From an uncultured Gammaproteobacteria bacterium (GTDB taxonomy: Bacteria; Pseudomonadota; Gammaproteobacteria; JAURND01), in the NCBI GenBank assembly GCA_963714975.1, contig CAVQQD010000002.1, positions 448,001 to 512,000 on the forward strand: DNA of 64,000 nucleotides, read 5' to 3'. Under the pieces are notes generated by a model, which made no database searches, was not told where the DNA came from, and saw only the letters and a list, made by a program, of their open reading frames with translations. The position numbers and the translations under genes were made by a program. Shown piece by piece: positions 21,231 to 30,576 of this stretch (position 1 is the stretch's first letter; each line of letters starts with the position of its first letter).

Positions 21231-23108
21231 ATGAATCAATATCCTGCGTGGAAATATGTGCTGCTGGTGGTCCTGATTTTATTTGGATTAATTTATGCGG
21301 CTCCTAATTTATTTCAAGAAGACCCGGTTGTCCAGATTTCAGCTAAAGGGTCGGCAAGCATTTCTCCTGGAATTGAGCAGCAAGCCACGCAAGCTCTGAA
21401 AACACAGGGTATTCCTTTTCTCGCCGTCGAAGCGCAAGGAGCGAATCTCACGATTATTCGTTTTCTCAATACGGATAACCAATTAAAAGGCCAGGATGCT
21501 ATTAAGGCGGCTTTGGGAACTGATTATGTGGTGGCCTTAAATCTGGTTCCTCGTACCCCCGCTTGGTTGACAGCCATCGGGGCGCATCCCATGAAGCTTG
21601 GCTTAGACTTGCGTGGTGGCGTCAATCTGGTACTGGATGTCGATGTCGATTCGCTCGTCAAAACTCGAGTAGAAGCGGATGTCAACAATATTAGTAGTGA
21701 ATTAAGGGAAAGTAGGATTCGTTATGTAGGCATTACTTCGAATGCAACCAGGCATCAAATTAGCATTGTTTTTCGTGATGCGGACAATCGTGATGCGGCT
21801 TATCGTTTGTTAGGAACCCGTTTTACTGATTACAATCTTGAGGAATCTACGGCGCAAGGTCAATTTTTGCTCACAGCCACGATGACTGTTGCCGCGATGC
21901 AGAAGATTAATACTTATGTTATTGATCAAACTCAAAATGTTTTAACCAATCGTGTCAATGAATTGGGGGTGAGTGAGGCGGTAGTGCAGCGCCAAGGTAA
22001 ATCGCAAATTAGTATTGATTTGCCTGGGATCCAAGATGCGGCACGAGCGAGAGAATTGATTGGTAAAACCGATACCTTGCGGTTTCAATTGGTCGACATG
22101 CAGGGGGATTTACCAAGTGCTGTAGCCGGGACGCCGCCATTAGGAAGTCATTTGTATCAATATGAGGGTCGCCCCATCTTACTAAAAAACCAGGTGATAT
22201 TGACAGGTGGGTCAATCACCTATGCAAATGCGACCCTCGCTTCTGATGGTCGTCCCGCCGTGGCAGTGCGTTTAGGTGGGGGCGGAGAAAGCCTGTTTAG
22301 CCGTATTACAGCAGAGAATGTCGGGAAATTATTAGCAGTAGTTTATGTAGAATCGATTCCACAAACCAAAATGATTAATGGCCAGTTGGTAAGATCGCGT
22401 ATCCAAAAAGAAAAGGTGATTAATGCCGCTACCATCCGTTCGGCTTTACCCAGTAATTTTGAGATTAGTGGCTTAGATAACATGAAATATGCCCAAGATT
22501 TAGCCCTGTTATTACGCTCGGGTGCTTTGGTGGCGTCTGTCGATGTGATTCAAGAACGTACGGTGGGACCAACCCTCGGAGCGGCAAATATTAAAAAGGG
22601 TGTGCTTTCAGTATTGGTTGGGGCTTTGGCGGTAATTGTATTTATGGCGCTTTATTACCATTTGTTTGGGTTAGTGGCGAATATTGCGGTGATATTAAAC
22701 GTGGTTTTTATAGTAGCTATTTTGTCCATTTTGGGGGCCACCTTAACTCTACCTGGAATTGCCGGTATTGTGTTGACTATGGGTATTGCGGTGGATGCGA
22801 ATGTCTTAATCAACGAGCGAATTCGGGAAGAATTGCGTCTCGGGATTAGCCCGCAAGCGAGTATCCACACCGGGTATGAAAGAGCCTTTGTCACGATTGT
22901 TGATGCTAATGTGACTACTTTAATTGTAGCCATAATTCTTTTTTCTTTAGGTAGTGGGGTAGTGAAAAGTTTTGCCATTACTTTGACAATTGGTATTCTC
23001 ACCTCAATGGTAACTGCAATATTTTTTACCCGAGCTATCATTAATTTAATTTATGGTAGGCGCAATGTTAAAGAGTTGTCGATTGGTATCAAACTGACGA
23101 GAAATTAA
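21231..23108 (+). CDS. secD: Protein translocase subunit SecD
   Basis: LGLDLRGG, RVNELGVSE, LRSGAL, VGPTLG, AVDANVLINERIREE. Confidence 0.97.
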   Translation: MNQYPAWKYVLLVVLILFGLIYAAPNLFQEDPVVQISAKGSASISPGIEQQATQALKTQGIPFLAVEAQGANLTIIRFLNTDNQLKGQDAIKAALGTDYVVALNLVPRTPAWLTAIGAHPMKLGLDLRGGVNLVLDVDVDSLVKTRVEADVNNISSELRESRIRYVGITSNATRHQISIVFRDADNRDAAYRLLGTRFTDYNLEESTAQGQFLLTATMTVAAMQKINTYVIDQTQNVLTNRVNELGVSEAVVQRQGKSQISIDLPGIQDAARARELIGKTDTLRFQLVDMQGDLPSAVAGTPPLGSHLYQYEGRPILLKNQVILTGGSITYANATLASDGRPAVAVRLGGGGESLFSRITAENVGKLLAVVYVESIPQTKMINGQLVRSRIQKEKVINAATIRSALPSNFEISGLDNMKYAQDLALLLRSGALVASVDVIQERTVGPTLGAANIKKGVLSVLVGALAVIVFMALYYHLFGLVANIAVILNVVFIVAILSILGATLTLPGIAGIVLTMGIAVDANVLINERIREELRLGISPQASIHTGYERAFVTIVDANVTTLIVAIILFSLGSGVVKSFAITLTIGILTSMVTAIFFTRAIINLIYGRRNVKELSIGIKLTRN

Positions 23109-23109
23109 C

Positions 23110-24027
23110 ATGGAATTTTTTAGAGCGAACACCCAGATTAATTTTATGGCCCAACGCAAATGGGCGGCGTTATTTTCTATTGTGTTATTTGTCGCTTCAA
23201 TTGTTTCACTCATTGTCCACGGTTTGCATTTTGGTTTAGATTTCACTGGGGGCACCCAAATAGAATTAAGTTATCAACAACCTGTTGATTTAAATACCCT
23301 GCGTGAGAAGTTGAATCAGGCCGGTTTTTCTTCAGCGGTGGTGCAATCTTATGGCACGTCAAAAAATGTGCTCATTCGCATTCCTCCACTAAAAGAAGTT
23401 TCTGAAAGTGCATTAAAAGAGCGAATATTACAGGCATTACCTGGTTCCCAATTTCAACAAATAGAATATATTGGTGCGCAAGTAGGTAGAAGTTTAGTGA
23501 CGAATGGCTTATTGGCTGTGTTGGTTTCATTATTAGCAACGATTGCTTATATTGCTTTTCGTTTTGAACTGCGTTTTGCGGTGAGTGCCGCTGTGGCGCT
23601 TATACATGATCCAATTTTAATTCTCGGTGTTTTTTCGTTTTTCAATCTGCAGTTTGATTTAATTTCTTTAGCCGCTCTTTTAACCTGCATTGGTTATTCC
23701 TTGAATGATACGATTGTGGTATATGATCGGGTTCGGGAAAATTTTCGTAAAATTCGCAAGGGAAGTGCAATTGAGGTAATGAATCAATCAATTAATCAGA
23801 CCTTATCACGAACGATCATGACCTCTGGCTTAACTTTGTTAGTAGTGGTTGCCTTATTAATTTTTGGCGGAGAGATGTTGCGGGGGTTTTCAATTGCTTT
23901 AATCGTCGGTATTGGCGTAGGTACTTATTCTTCCATTTATGTAGCAGGATCTTTGGCAATCGCTTTGGGCTTGGATCGCACCCATTTATTGCCGGCGGCC
24001 AAAAAAGAAGAGGATGGGCTACCCTAG
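23110..24027 (+). CDS. secF: Protein translocase subunit SecF
   Basis: GLDFTGG, GYSLNDTIVVYDRVRE, TLSRTIMTS, GTYSSI. Confidence 0.97.
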   Translation: MEFFRANTQINFMAQRKWAALFSIVLFVASIVSLIVHGLHFGLDFTGGTQIELSYQQPVDLNTLREKLNQAGFSSAVVQSYGTSKNVLIRIPPLKEVSESALKERILQALPGSQFQQIEYIGAQVGRSLVTNGLLAVLVSLLATIAYIAFRFELRFAVSAAVALIHDPILILGVFSFFNLQFDLISLAALLTCIGYSLNDTIVVYDRVRENFRKIRKGSAIEVMNQSINQTLSRTIMTSGLTLLVVVALLIFGGEMLRGFSIALIVGIGVGTYSSIYVAGSLAIALGLDRTHLLPAAKKEEDGLP

Positions 24028-24193
24028 TAATATATTCCTTCTCCCCTTGTGGGAGAAGGTGCCGAAGGCGGATGAGGGGAACCTCCCTCAGAAACTGCTG
24101 GATATTCAGCAGCATTTCGCCTAAGATTTGTCGACCCCGGCATGTGCCGGATGTGCAGTACCTTTGAAAACCTTTTCAAAAGGAAGATGGACC

Positions 24194-24781
24194 ATGATTT
24201 TACTCGGCATACTCTTTCTCATTATCGGCTACTTGGTGGGTTCTCTATCAAGTGGGGTTCTGGTTTGTAAGGCGATGAAATTACCGGACCCCAGAGAGGC
24301 TGGGTCTGGAAATCCGGGCGCAACCAATGTATTGCGATTATATGGTAAGTTGCCTGCAATCTTAGTACTGGTGTGCGACGCATTAAAAGGCTTTATTGTG
24401 GTATTGCTGGCTAAAATATTTGGAGTCTATGGCTTCATGTTAGGTTTAGTGGCTCTAAGCACGGTGGCGGGTCATATGTTTCCAGTGTTCTTCCAATTTA
24501 GAGGAGGAAAAGGAGTGGCAACTGCCTTTGGTGCTGTCTTGGTATTATCGTTTTGGGTGGCCATCATTGCAGTGGTGGCTTGGTTTGTCGTAGTGCTAGT
24601 TACCCGCTATGTTTCTTTAGCTTCTTTGGTGGCCAGTATTTTTGCTGCGATCTTAATCCTTTTTATCCATACCAGTTATTTTTTACCGATGGCTATAATA
24701 GCAGCATTAATTATTTGGAAACATATGGAAAATATTGAGCGACTAAGAACAGGGACAGAAAATAAGGTTGAGTTGAAGTAA
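24194..24781 (+). CDS. plsY: Glycerol-3-phosphate acyltransferase
   Basis: GSGNPGATNVLR, DALKG, GHMFP, GGKGVAT, HMENIERL; likely ATG at 24194. Confidence 0.95.
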   Translation: MILLGILFLIIGYLVGSLSSGVLVCKAMKLPDPREAGSGNPGATNVLRLYGKLPAILVLVCDALKGFIVVLLAKIFGVYGFMLGLVALSTVAGHMFPVFFQFRGGKGVATAFGAVLVLSFWVAIIAVVAWFVVVLVTRYVSLASLVASIFAAILILFIHTSYFLPMAIIAALIIWKHMENIERLRTGTENKVELK

Positions 24782-24799
24782 GCCCACAGGAATAACCCG

Positions 24800-25366
24800 A
24801 TGCCACCCAAGCGAGATAATCTAATTTGGATTGATTTAGAAATGACCGGGCTTAGCCCCGATCGGGATCGTATCCTTGAAATTGCGACGGTAGTAACAAA
24901 TTCTGATCTCACTGTAGTGGCTGAAGGCCCGGTGATGGCTATCCATCAGCCAGATAGTATCTTAGAAATGATGGATGAATGGAATATCAATCAGCATACT
25001 AAGTCGGGGTTAGTGGTTCGCGTGCAAGCAAGTTTGATCACTGAAGAGCAAGCCCAAGCAGAAACTATTGAATTCCTGATGCAGCACGTTCCCCCAGGAA
25101 GATCCCCGATGTGTGGAAATAGTATTTGCCAGGATCGCCGATTTTTATATCGTTGGATGGGGAAACTCGAGCAATATTTCCATTATCGGAACTTGGATGT
25201 CAGCTCTATAAAAATCTTAGCCCAGCATTGGGCCCCGCAAATATTGCAAGGGGTGAAAAAGGACGTAAAACACCTAGCTCTTGATGATGTCTACCAATCA
25301 ATTGCCGAATTAAGGCATTACCGCCAGAATTTCTTCTTGTTGCCCCCCTTGGAAAAAGAGGGTTAG
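24800..25366 (+). CDS. orn: Oligoribonuclease
   Basis: [41 protein letters not shown]. Confidence 0.97.
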   Translation: MPPKRDNLIWIDLEMTGLSPDRDRILEIATVVTNSDLTVVAEGPVMAIHQPDSILEMMDEWNINQHTKSGLVVRVQASLITEEQAQAETIEFLMQHVPPGRSPMCGNSICQDRRFLYRWMGKLEQYFHYRNLDVSSIKILAQHWAPQILQGVKKDVKHLALDDVYQSIAELRHYRQNFFLLPPLEKEG

Positions 25367-25621
25367 GGATTCGTCGTCCCTGCAGGATGCCGGGATCCAT
25401 GCCGGGACGACGAGCCCCCTCTCTCCCCTTTTTAAAGGGGGAATTTCCGCAAAATATTCTAACTTATTGATTCTTAAAGACCATTTATTTTTTATCAAAT
25501 AAAAGTGAAATCTCACTGCCATATACTATAATCTTCCAACGAGGGATGTAAAAAGGATAAAAAATCAGGTATGGAGTGGGAATCCTCAGTCCTAATTAAC
25601 AAAACGTGGAGATTAAAAATT

Positions 25622-25840
25622 ATGTTTACCTATTTAGCTGATGTAGAACTTGACACAATTGTTGGTGGTGGCGGATATGGTGGTGGCCATAAAATGCAAC
25701 AGCCAGCATTGCAAATTACTACATTGAATGTATCTAGTGAATCGAAATCATTCTCTTATTCACAAAGCAGCTCAAGCTTACAGTTCTTTAACTTACAAGT
25801 TGGTAAGACGAATGCAAGTCCTGTTAGTATAACCCTGTAG
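25622..25840 (+). CDS. Double-glycine leader peptide precursor P1 (16-aa leader, 56-aa Ser/Gln-rich core)
   Basis: GGAG RBS; MFTYLADVELDTIVGG leader; adjacent C39 exporter; paralogous to 26315-26527. Confidence 0.85.
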   Translation: MFTYLADVELDTIVGGGGYGGGHKMQQPALQITTLNVSSESKSFSYSQSSSSLQFFNLQVGKTNASPVSITL

Positions 25841-25948
25841 TGATAAATGATTAAACTCCCCCTTAATCCCCCATCCTCTGCGTTGGATGGGGTGGTTAAT
25901 GAGGGGTTCCAAGAAGGTCATATGAACAAAAATTTGGGGGGGTCTTAT

Positions 25949-26194
25949 ATGATAAATACCGTACTTACTGATCATTGTTTAGATACACTGAATGTAGTAG
26001 GAGGAAGAGGGTTTGGATATCACCCGCAACATACTGGCTCACAGAGCTCTGGGCAAACGCCGGTGCAGATAACACACTTACAAATAACCAGTTTCAGCGT
26101 ATCGTTTTCTTTTTCTGTAGCTTTTTCAAGCTTGCAATTTACCAATATTCAAATAGGAAATACAGGTCCCAGTCCAGTGACTATTGCGATTTAG
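25949..26194 (+). CDS. Double-glycine leader peptide precursor P2 (hydrophobic beta-strand core)
   Basis: MINTVLTDHCLDTLNVVGG leader; last 42 aa align without gaps to P1/P3. Confidence 0.8.
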   Translation: MINTVLTDHCLDTLNVVGGRGFGYHPQHTGSQSSGQTPVQITHLQITSFSVSFSFSVAFSSLQFTNIQIGNTGPSPVTIAI

Positions 26195-26314
26195 GTTACG
26201 AAGGCTGATGCCTGGAGTGTGGTAAGGAAGTTTTTTATGGACTCGTGAAGGATCAAATAGGATACGTAGGAATGCTGAGTCCAAAAATGTAGTTAAAATG
26301 TGGAGATTAAAAAT

Positions 26315-26527
26315 ATGTTTACTTATTTAGCTGATGTAGAACTTGACACAATTGTTGGTGGATGGGGAAATCACACACCAAAACAACAACAAGCGTTGCA
26401 GATTACTACACTGAATGTATCTAGTGAATCGAAATCATTCTCTTATTCACAAAGCAGCTCAAGCTTGTCGTTCTTTAACTTACAAATTGGTAAGACGAAT
26501 CCAAGCCCAGTTTCTATAAGCTTATAG
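26315..26527 (+). CDS. Double-glycine leader peptide precursor P3
   Basis: Leader identical to P1, near-identical C-terminal core, same GGAG RBS. Confidence 0.85.
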   Translation: MFTYLADVELDTIVGGWGNHTPKQQQALQITTLNVSSESKSFSYSQSSSSLSFFNLQIGKTNPSPVSISL

Positions 26528-26641
26528 TATTTGGAAATTAACCCCCCCCAATCCCTCTACCCCTTTTCCAAAGGGGGTAGAGAGATTTAAAGGGGAAATA
26601 AATTGAAGCGAATTGTAGTGTCATTAATTGGAGAGACAATC

Positions 26642-26809
26642 ATGATTAAATATTTAAAAGATGTAAAAATGGAAAAATTAGCCGGGGGAGGTGGGTGTAG
26701 GCCAAATCCATGCCGTCCACGTCCACCTATCTGCAAGCCGCCCGTAGTGTGCCAGCCTGTAGCATGTCACCCGGTGTCATGCCATCCCCGTCCTCGCTGC
26801 GGTTATTAA
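26642..26809 (+). CDS. Double-glycine leader peptide precursor P4 (Cys/Pro-rich core)
   Basis: GGAGAG RBS; MIKYLKDVKMEKLAGG leader; 39-aa core with 7 Cys and 11 Pro. Confidence 0.8.
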   Translation: MIKYLKDVKMEKLAGGGGCRPNPCRPRPPICKPPVVCQPVACHPVSCHPRPRCGY

Positions 26810-26821
26810 GGTTGTGAAATT

Positions 26822-26913
26822 CCTTCTTCCGCTTGCGGGAGAGGGTGCCGAAGGCGGGTGAGGGTGTTTGAAATGGCTTCAAGCCACGAAGAACATCCTC
26901 ACCCGCCTTCGGC
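26822..26913. repeat. Family A REP-like doublet between precursors and exporter
   Basis: gccgaaggcgggtgaggg...cctcacccgccttcggc inverted arms, matching the 11960-12022 copy. Confidence 0.75.
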
Positions 26914-27010
26914 ATTTTTCTTCTGAAAAAGTGGTTGATTTATATGAAAGACCCACCTATCATGTGATAGATTTGGAAATTAAACCACACCTACGGGAAA
27001 GGAGTTCTCA

Positions 27011-28276
27011 GTGCAAGACAAACCATTATTCCGTGAAGCTGCTTTAAAGCATTTCTCTTCTCCAGAACAGCTAGATCAACTGATTCAAGTAGTTACTCCT
27101 AGGGCTTGGATTGTGGCAGGGACCCTCTACGCTCTTTTATTCATCATCATTCTCTGGTCCATTATTGGCACCATCCCAACCCGCGGTGAAGGGAAGGGAA
27201 TTTTATTGGCTGGCAATGGTGACATTTATGGCGCTGTGGTTCCCCAGGGACCTAGCCGCGTGAGTAATGTTCTGGTAAAACCTGGGGACAAAGTAGTTAA
27301 AGGCCAAATAGTGGCTACTATGTCTCGACCTGATTTAACCGATCAAATCAAAGTCAGCCAAAATTACGTTGCTGAACTACAAAATAAATATAATCAGTTG
27401 CTGACATTGTCGCGTGGTGCTGTTGCCACTCGGGAGCAGCAAGTTGCTATGCAGCAACAAGCACTGCAGCGCTCTTTAACCGATAGTCAGTCAAAACTGG
27501 ATAACATCAGTGAATTATTATCCATTAAGCAAGGAGCATTTAAAAAAGGCATTGAAACCAGACAAAGCGTTGATCAAACGACCCAGGATTATTATAACGC
27601 TAAAAATATCCTCGAAGGATTTAGAAATCAATTAATTCAATTACATGTAGAAGAACGTAGTTTCATTGATCAATGGAATCAAAGATTGCGAGACCTTGAT
27701 TTAAAGATTGTTGATGAAAAAGTTAAGTTGGCCAACTTGCAAAAAGCATTAATTCTTTCCTCCGATGTTGCCAGTCCTGTTGCCGGTATAGTCACTGGCG
27801 TTCAAGCGACTTTAGGGAGCATTCTGAATACGGGTGATTCTGTCGTGAGTGTTGCTAACGAAGGTCAAGGCTTAGATGCTCTGGTTTATCTTCCCCCACA
27901 AATAGGTAAACGCATTAAGCCTGGGATGAAAGCTTTAGTTGCACCGACTACAGTCGAAAAAGCGGAATATGGCAGTATTTTTGGTCATGTAGTGCGGGTG
28001 GCGGCATTTCCATCAAGTCCCCAAGCAATAGAATCAGTTTTGCAAAATCCTGATTTAGTAAAAGCATTTACCAAAGAAGAATCTCCCATTGAGGTGCGTA
28101 TTCATTTAGAAAAAGATCCCGCTACTTATAGTGGATTAAAATGGTCATCTTCCCGAGGGCCTCAACAAAAAATTACGATGGGTACTTTAGCAACTGCCAT
28201 GGTAACGATACGTGAGCAGGCTCCGATCACTTTGGTGATCCCTGCCTTTAGAAAATTTACTGGAATGGAATATTAA
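27011..28276 (+). CDS. NHLM/NHLP bacteriocin system secretion protein (HlyD-type membrane fusion protein)
   Basis: LFREAALKHFSSPEQLDQLIQV, single TM, coiled coil, EYGSIFG, SGLKWSSSRGP, APITLVIP. Confidence 0.92.
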   Translation: MQDKPLFREAALKHFSSPEQLDQLIQVVTPRAWIVAGTLYALLFIIILWSIIGTIPTRGEGKGILLAGNGDIYGAVVPQGPSRVSNVLVKPGDKVVKGQIVATMSRPDLTDQIKVSQNYVAELQNKYNQLLTLSRGAVATREQQVAMQQQALQRSLTDSQSKLDNISELLSIKQGAFKKGIETRQSVDQTTQDYYNAKNILEGFRNQLIQLHVEERSFIDQWNQRLRDLDLKIVDEKVKLANLQKALILSSDVASPVAGIVTGVQATLGSILNTGDSVVSVANEGQGLDALVYLPPQIGKRIKPGMKALVAPTTVEKAEYGSIFGHVVRVAAFPSSPQAIESVLQNPDLVKAFTKEESPIEVRIHLEKDPATYSGLKWSSSRGPQQKITMGTLATAMVTIREQAPITLVIPAFRKFTGMEY

Positions 28277-28344
28277 AATCCCCCCTACACGTCGTCCCGC
28301 GGCTTGTGCGCGGGATGACGTAAGTAGGGGGGGATTTTAGAGGG

Positions 28345-30576
28345 ATGGAATGTATGGAAAAGTGGTATCGAAGTTTAAAAGCTAAATGGTTGGCTTTAAT
28401 CACGCGTTTTAATAACCAGAAAACGTATGTAAAAACTCCTACCATTTTGCAAATGGAAGCAGCAGAATGTGGTGCTGCAGCACTGGGTATTATACTAGCG
28501 TTTTATGGACGTTATGTCCCTTTAGAAGAATTACGTACTGCTTGTGGTGTGTCACGTGATGGCAGTAAAGCGACGAATATGCTCAAAGCAGCGCGCCGTT
28601 ACGGGTTAAATGCTCAAGGAGCTAAAGTTGAGCCTGAATCTTTTGCCGAACTAAAATTACCGGTTATCGTGTTTTGGGAATTTAATCATTTTGTCGTAGT
28701 GGAAGGTTTTGATCGCCAATGGATTTATCTGAACGATCCTGCTACTGGCCCTCGGACTGTCACCCATGCTGATTTTAATGAATCGTTTACTGGGATTGTC
28801 TTATTATTCGAGCCTTCTGAGCAATTTGAACCCGGTGGGCAGAAATCTAATTTTGTGGAGAGTTTGGTACAACGCCTTAAAGGATTAAAGCATGATTTAG
28901 CTTTTGTCGTGCTAGCCAGTTTAGTCGCTGTGGCGCCTAGCATTGCTATTCCAGGACTTACCAAAATCTTTATTGACCAAATACTCATTCAACATCTGTC
29001 TGGATGGTTGCTGCCGTTGTTATGGGGTCTGCTTATTACTGGGGTTTTTCGTGCACTGGTTTCCTATTTGGAACAAATGTATTTGCTCCGGTTGCAATTA
29101 AAAATGCTGTTGACTTCTTCTGCTCGGTTTATTTGGCATGTGTTGCGGTTACCTTTTGGATTTTTTAGTCAACGTTTTGCTGGAGATATTCAATCGCGTG
29201 TTGAGTCTAATGATCGGCTCTCAGAATGGTTATCTGGGGAATTATCCGCAAGCATGGTCAGCATGTTTAGCATGGTCCTATTTGCGGTGGTGATGTTCCT
29301 TTTTGACTGGGTACTCACGCTAGTTGCCATCGTAATTGCTTCAACCAATGCTTGGTTATTTCTCACTATTTCTCGTGGTATCGAGAACGCAAGTCGGCGC
29401 TTACAACAGGAATTCGGTAAATTAAATGGAATTGAGATGAATGGCTTACAAGCGATTGAAACCATCAAAGCTAGTGGCATAGAAGATGATTTCTTTGAGC
29501 GCTGGTCAGGTTATCATGCTAAGACATTAAATAGCCAACAAAAAATTCACTTATATAGTCGTATCCTGCTCGTCATTCCGCAATTACTCAATGGCTTCAT
29601 GGCTATTATAATCTTGGGTTTAGGTGGCTGGCGGATTATTCAAGGGCATCTCAGTATTGGCGGACTAGTGGCTTTCCAAAGTTTATTGGCTAGTTTCAAT
29701 GCGCCGCTAATGACTTTGATTGGCGCTGGCAATAAATTGCAACAAATTAAAGCTGATATAGCTCGTTTGGATGATGTCCAAAAACATCCAGAAGATTCAC
29801 GTCTTACGATTGAAGAAGCACAAGCTCATCAAGAGCCTTTAAAGGGGCAATTAGAACTTAGCAATATTAATTTCGGTTATTCTCCCTTGGACCCTCCTTT
29901 TATCGAAAACATCAATTTGAATTTGCAGCCTGGAAAGCGCATTGCTATCGTGGGAGCCTCTGGCAGCGGAAAATCTACTTTAGCGAAACTTATTTGTGGC
30001 TTGTATTCTCCTTGGTCCGGTGAAATTTCCTGGGATAATGTTCCGATGACAGCTATTTCTGCGGCAACACTGAGCCGATCTTTGGCATTTGTCGATCAGG
30101 AGGTTTTTTTATTTGAGGGCACCATTCAACAAAATCTTACTTTGTGGAAAAAAGGAGTTTCTTTTAGCATTCTGGAAAGTGCGGTTCATGATAGCTTATT
30201 AGAATCAGTGGTGCTAAATCGCCCGAAAGGGTTGTTCAGCGAAGTCATTACTGCGGGTGCTAATTTTAGTGGTGGACAGCGCCAACAATTGGAAATTGCT
30301 CGAGCTTTAGTGCAAGAACCCGCCATTTTAGTTTTGGATGAAGCCACTTCAGCTCTAGATGCTACTACCGAGCAAGGCATTATGGATAATCTAAAGAAAC
30401 GTAATTGTAGTATGCTGTTAATTGCTCATCGCTTAAGTACCATTCGTGATTGTGATGAAATTATTGTGCTAGAGCAAGGAAGAGTCATTGAACGCGGTAC
30501 CCATGACCAGTTGTTTGGTTTACAGAGTGCCTATCATCATTTAGTCCAAACCGAAGGTGAGATAATTCATGCCTAA
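28345..30576 (+). CDS. NHLM bacteriocin system ABC transporter, C39 peptidase/ATP-binding subunit
   Basis: LQMEAAECGAA (catalytic Cys), FNHFVV (His), LNDPA (Asp); TM domain; GASGSGKS, FSGGQRQ, LDEATSALD. Confidence 0.95.
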   Translation: MECMEKWYRSLKAKWLALITRFNNQKTYVKTPTILQMEAAECGAAALGIILAFYGRYVPLEELRTACGVSRDGSKATNMLKAARRYGLNAQGAKVEPESFAELKLPVIVFWEFNHFVVVEGFDRQWIYLNDPATGPRTVTHADFNESFTGIVLLFEPSEQFEPGGQKSNFVESLVQRLKGLKHDLAFVVLASLVAVAPSIAIPGLTKIFIDQILIQHLSGWLLPLLWGLLITGVFRALVSYLEQMYLLRLQLKMLLTSSARFIWHVLRLPFGFFSQRFAGDIQSRVESNDRLSEWLSGELSASMVSMFSMVLFAVVMFLFDWVLTLVAIVIASTNAWLFLTISRGIENASRRLQQEFGKLNGIEMNGLQAIETIKASGIEDDFFERWSGYHAKTLNSQQKIHLYSRILLVIPQLLNGFMAIIILGLGGWRIIQGHLSIGGLVAFQSLLASFNAPLMTLIGAGNKLQQIKADIARLDDVQKHPEDSRLTIEEAQAHQEPLKGQLELSNINFGYSPLDPPFIENINLNLQPGKRIAIVGASGSGKSTLAKLICGLYSPWSGEISWDNVPMTAISAATLSRSLAFVDQEVFLFEGTIQQNLTLWKKGVSFSILESAVHDSLLESVVLNRPKGLFSEVITAGANFSGGQRQQLEIARALVQEPAILVLDEATSALDATTEQGIMDNLKKRNCSMLLIAHRLSTIRDCDEIIVLEQGRVIERGTHDQLFGLQSAYHHLVQTEGEIIHA

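Noticed and set aside
25571-26809. Longer N-termini for the four precursors in the ORF track
   Set aside because: RBS positions and leader alignment support starts at 25622, 25949, 26315 and 26642.
25622-26809. Lanthipeptide/TOMM/proteusin classification
   Set aside because: No modifying enzyme in the window, the leaders are short rather than NHLP/Nif11-like, and the P1-P3 cores have no Cys.
26957-26970. Palindrome ctatcatgtgatag upstream of the HlyD gene as an operator
   Set aside because: Single short occurrence with no cognate regulator nearby; could be chance.
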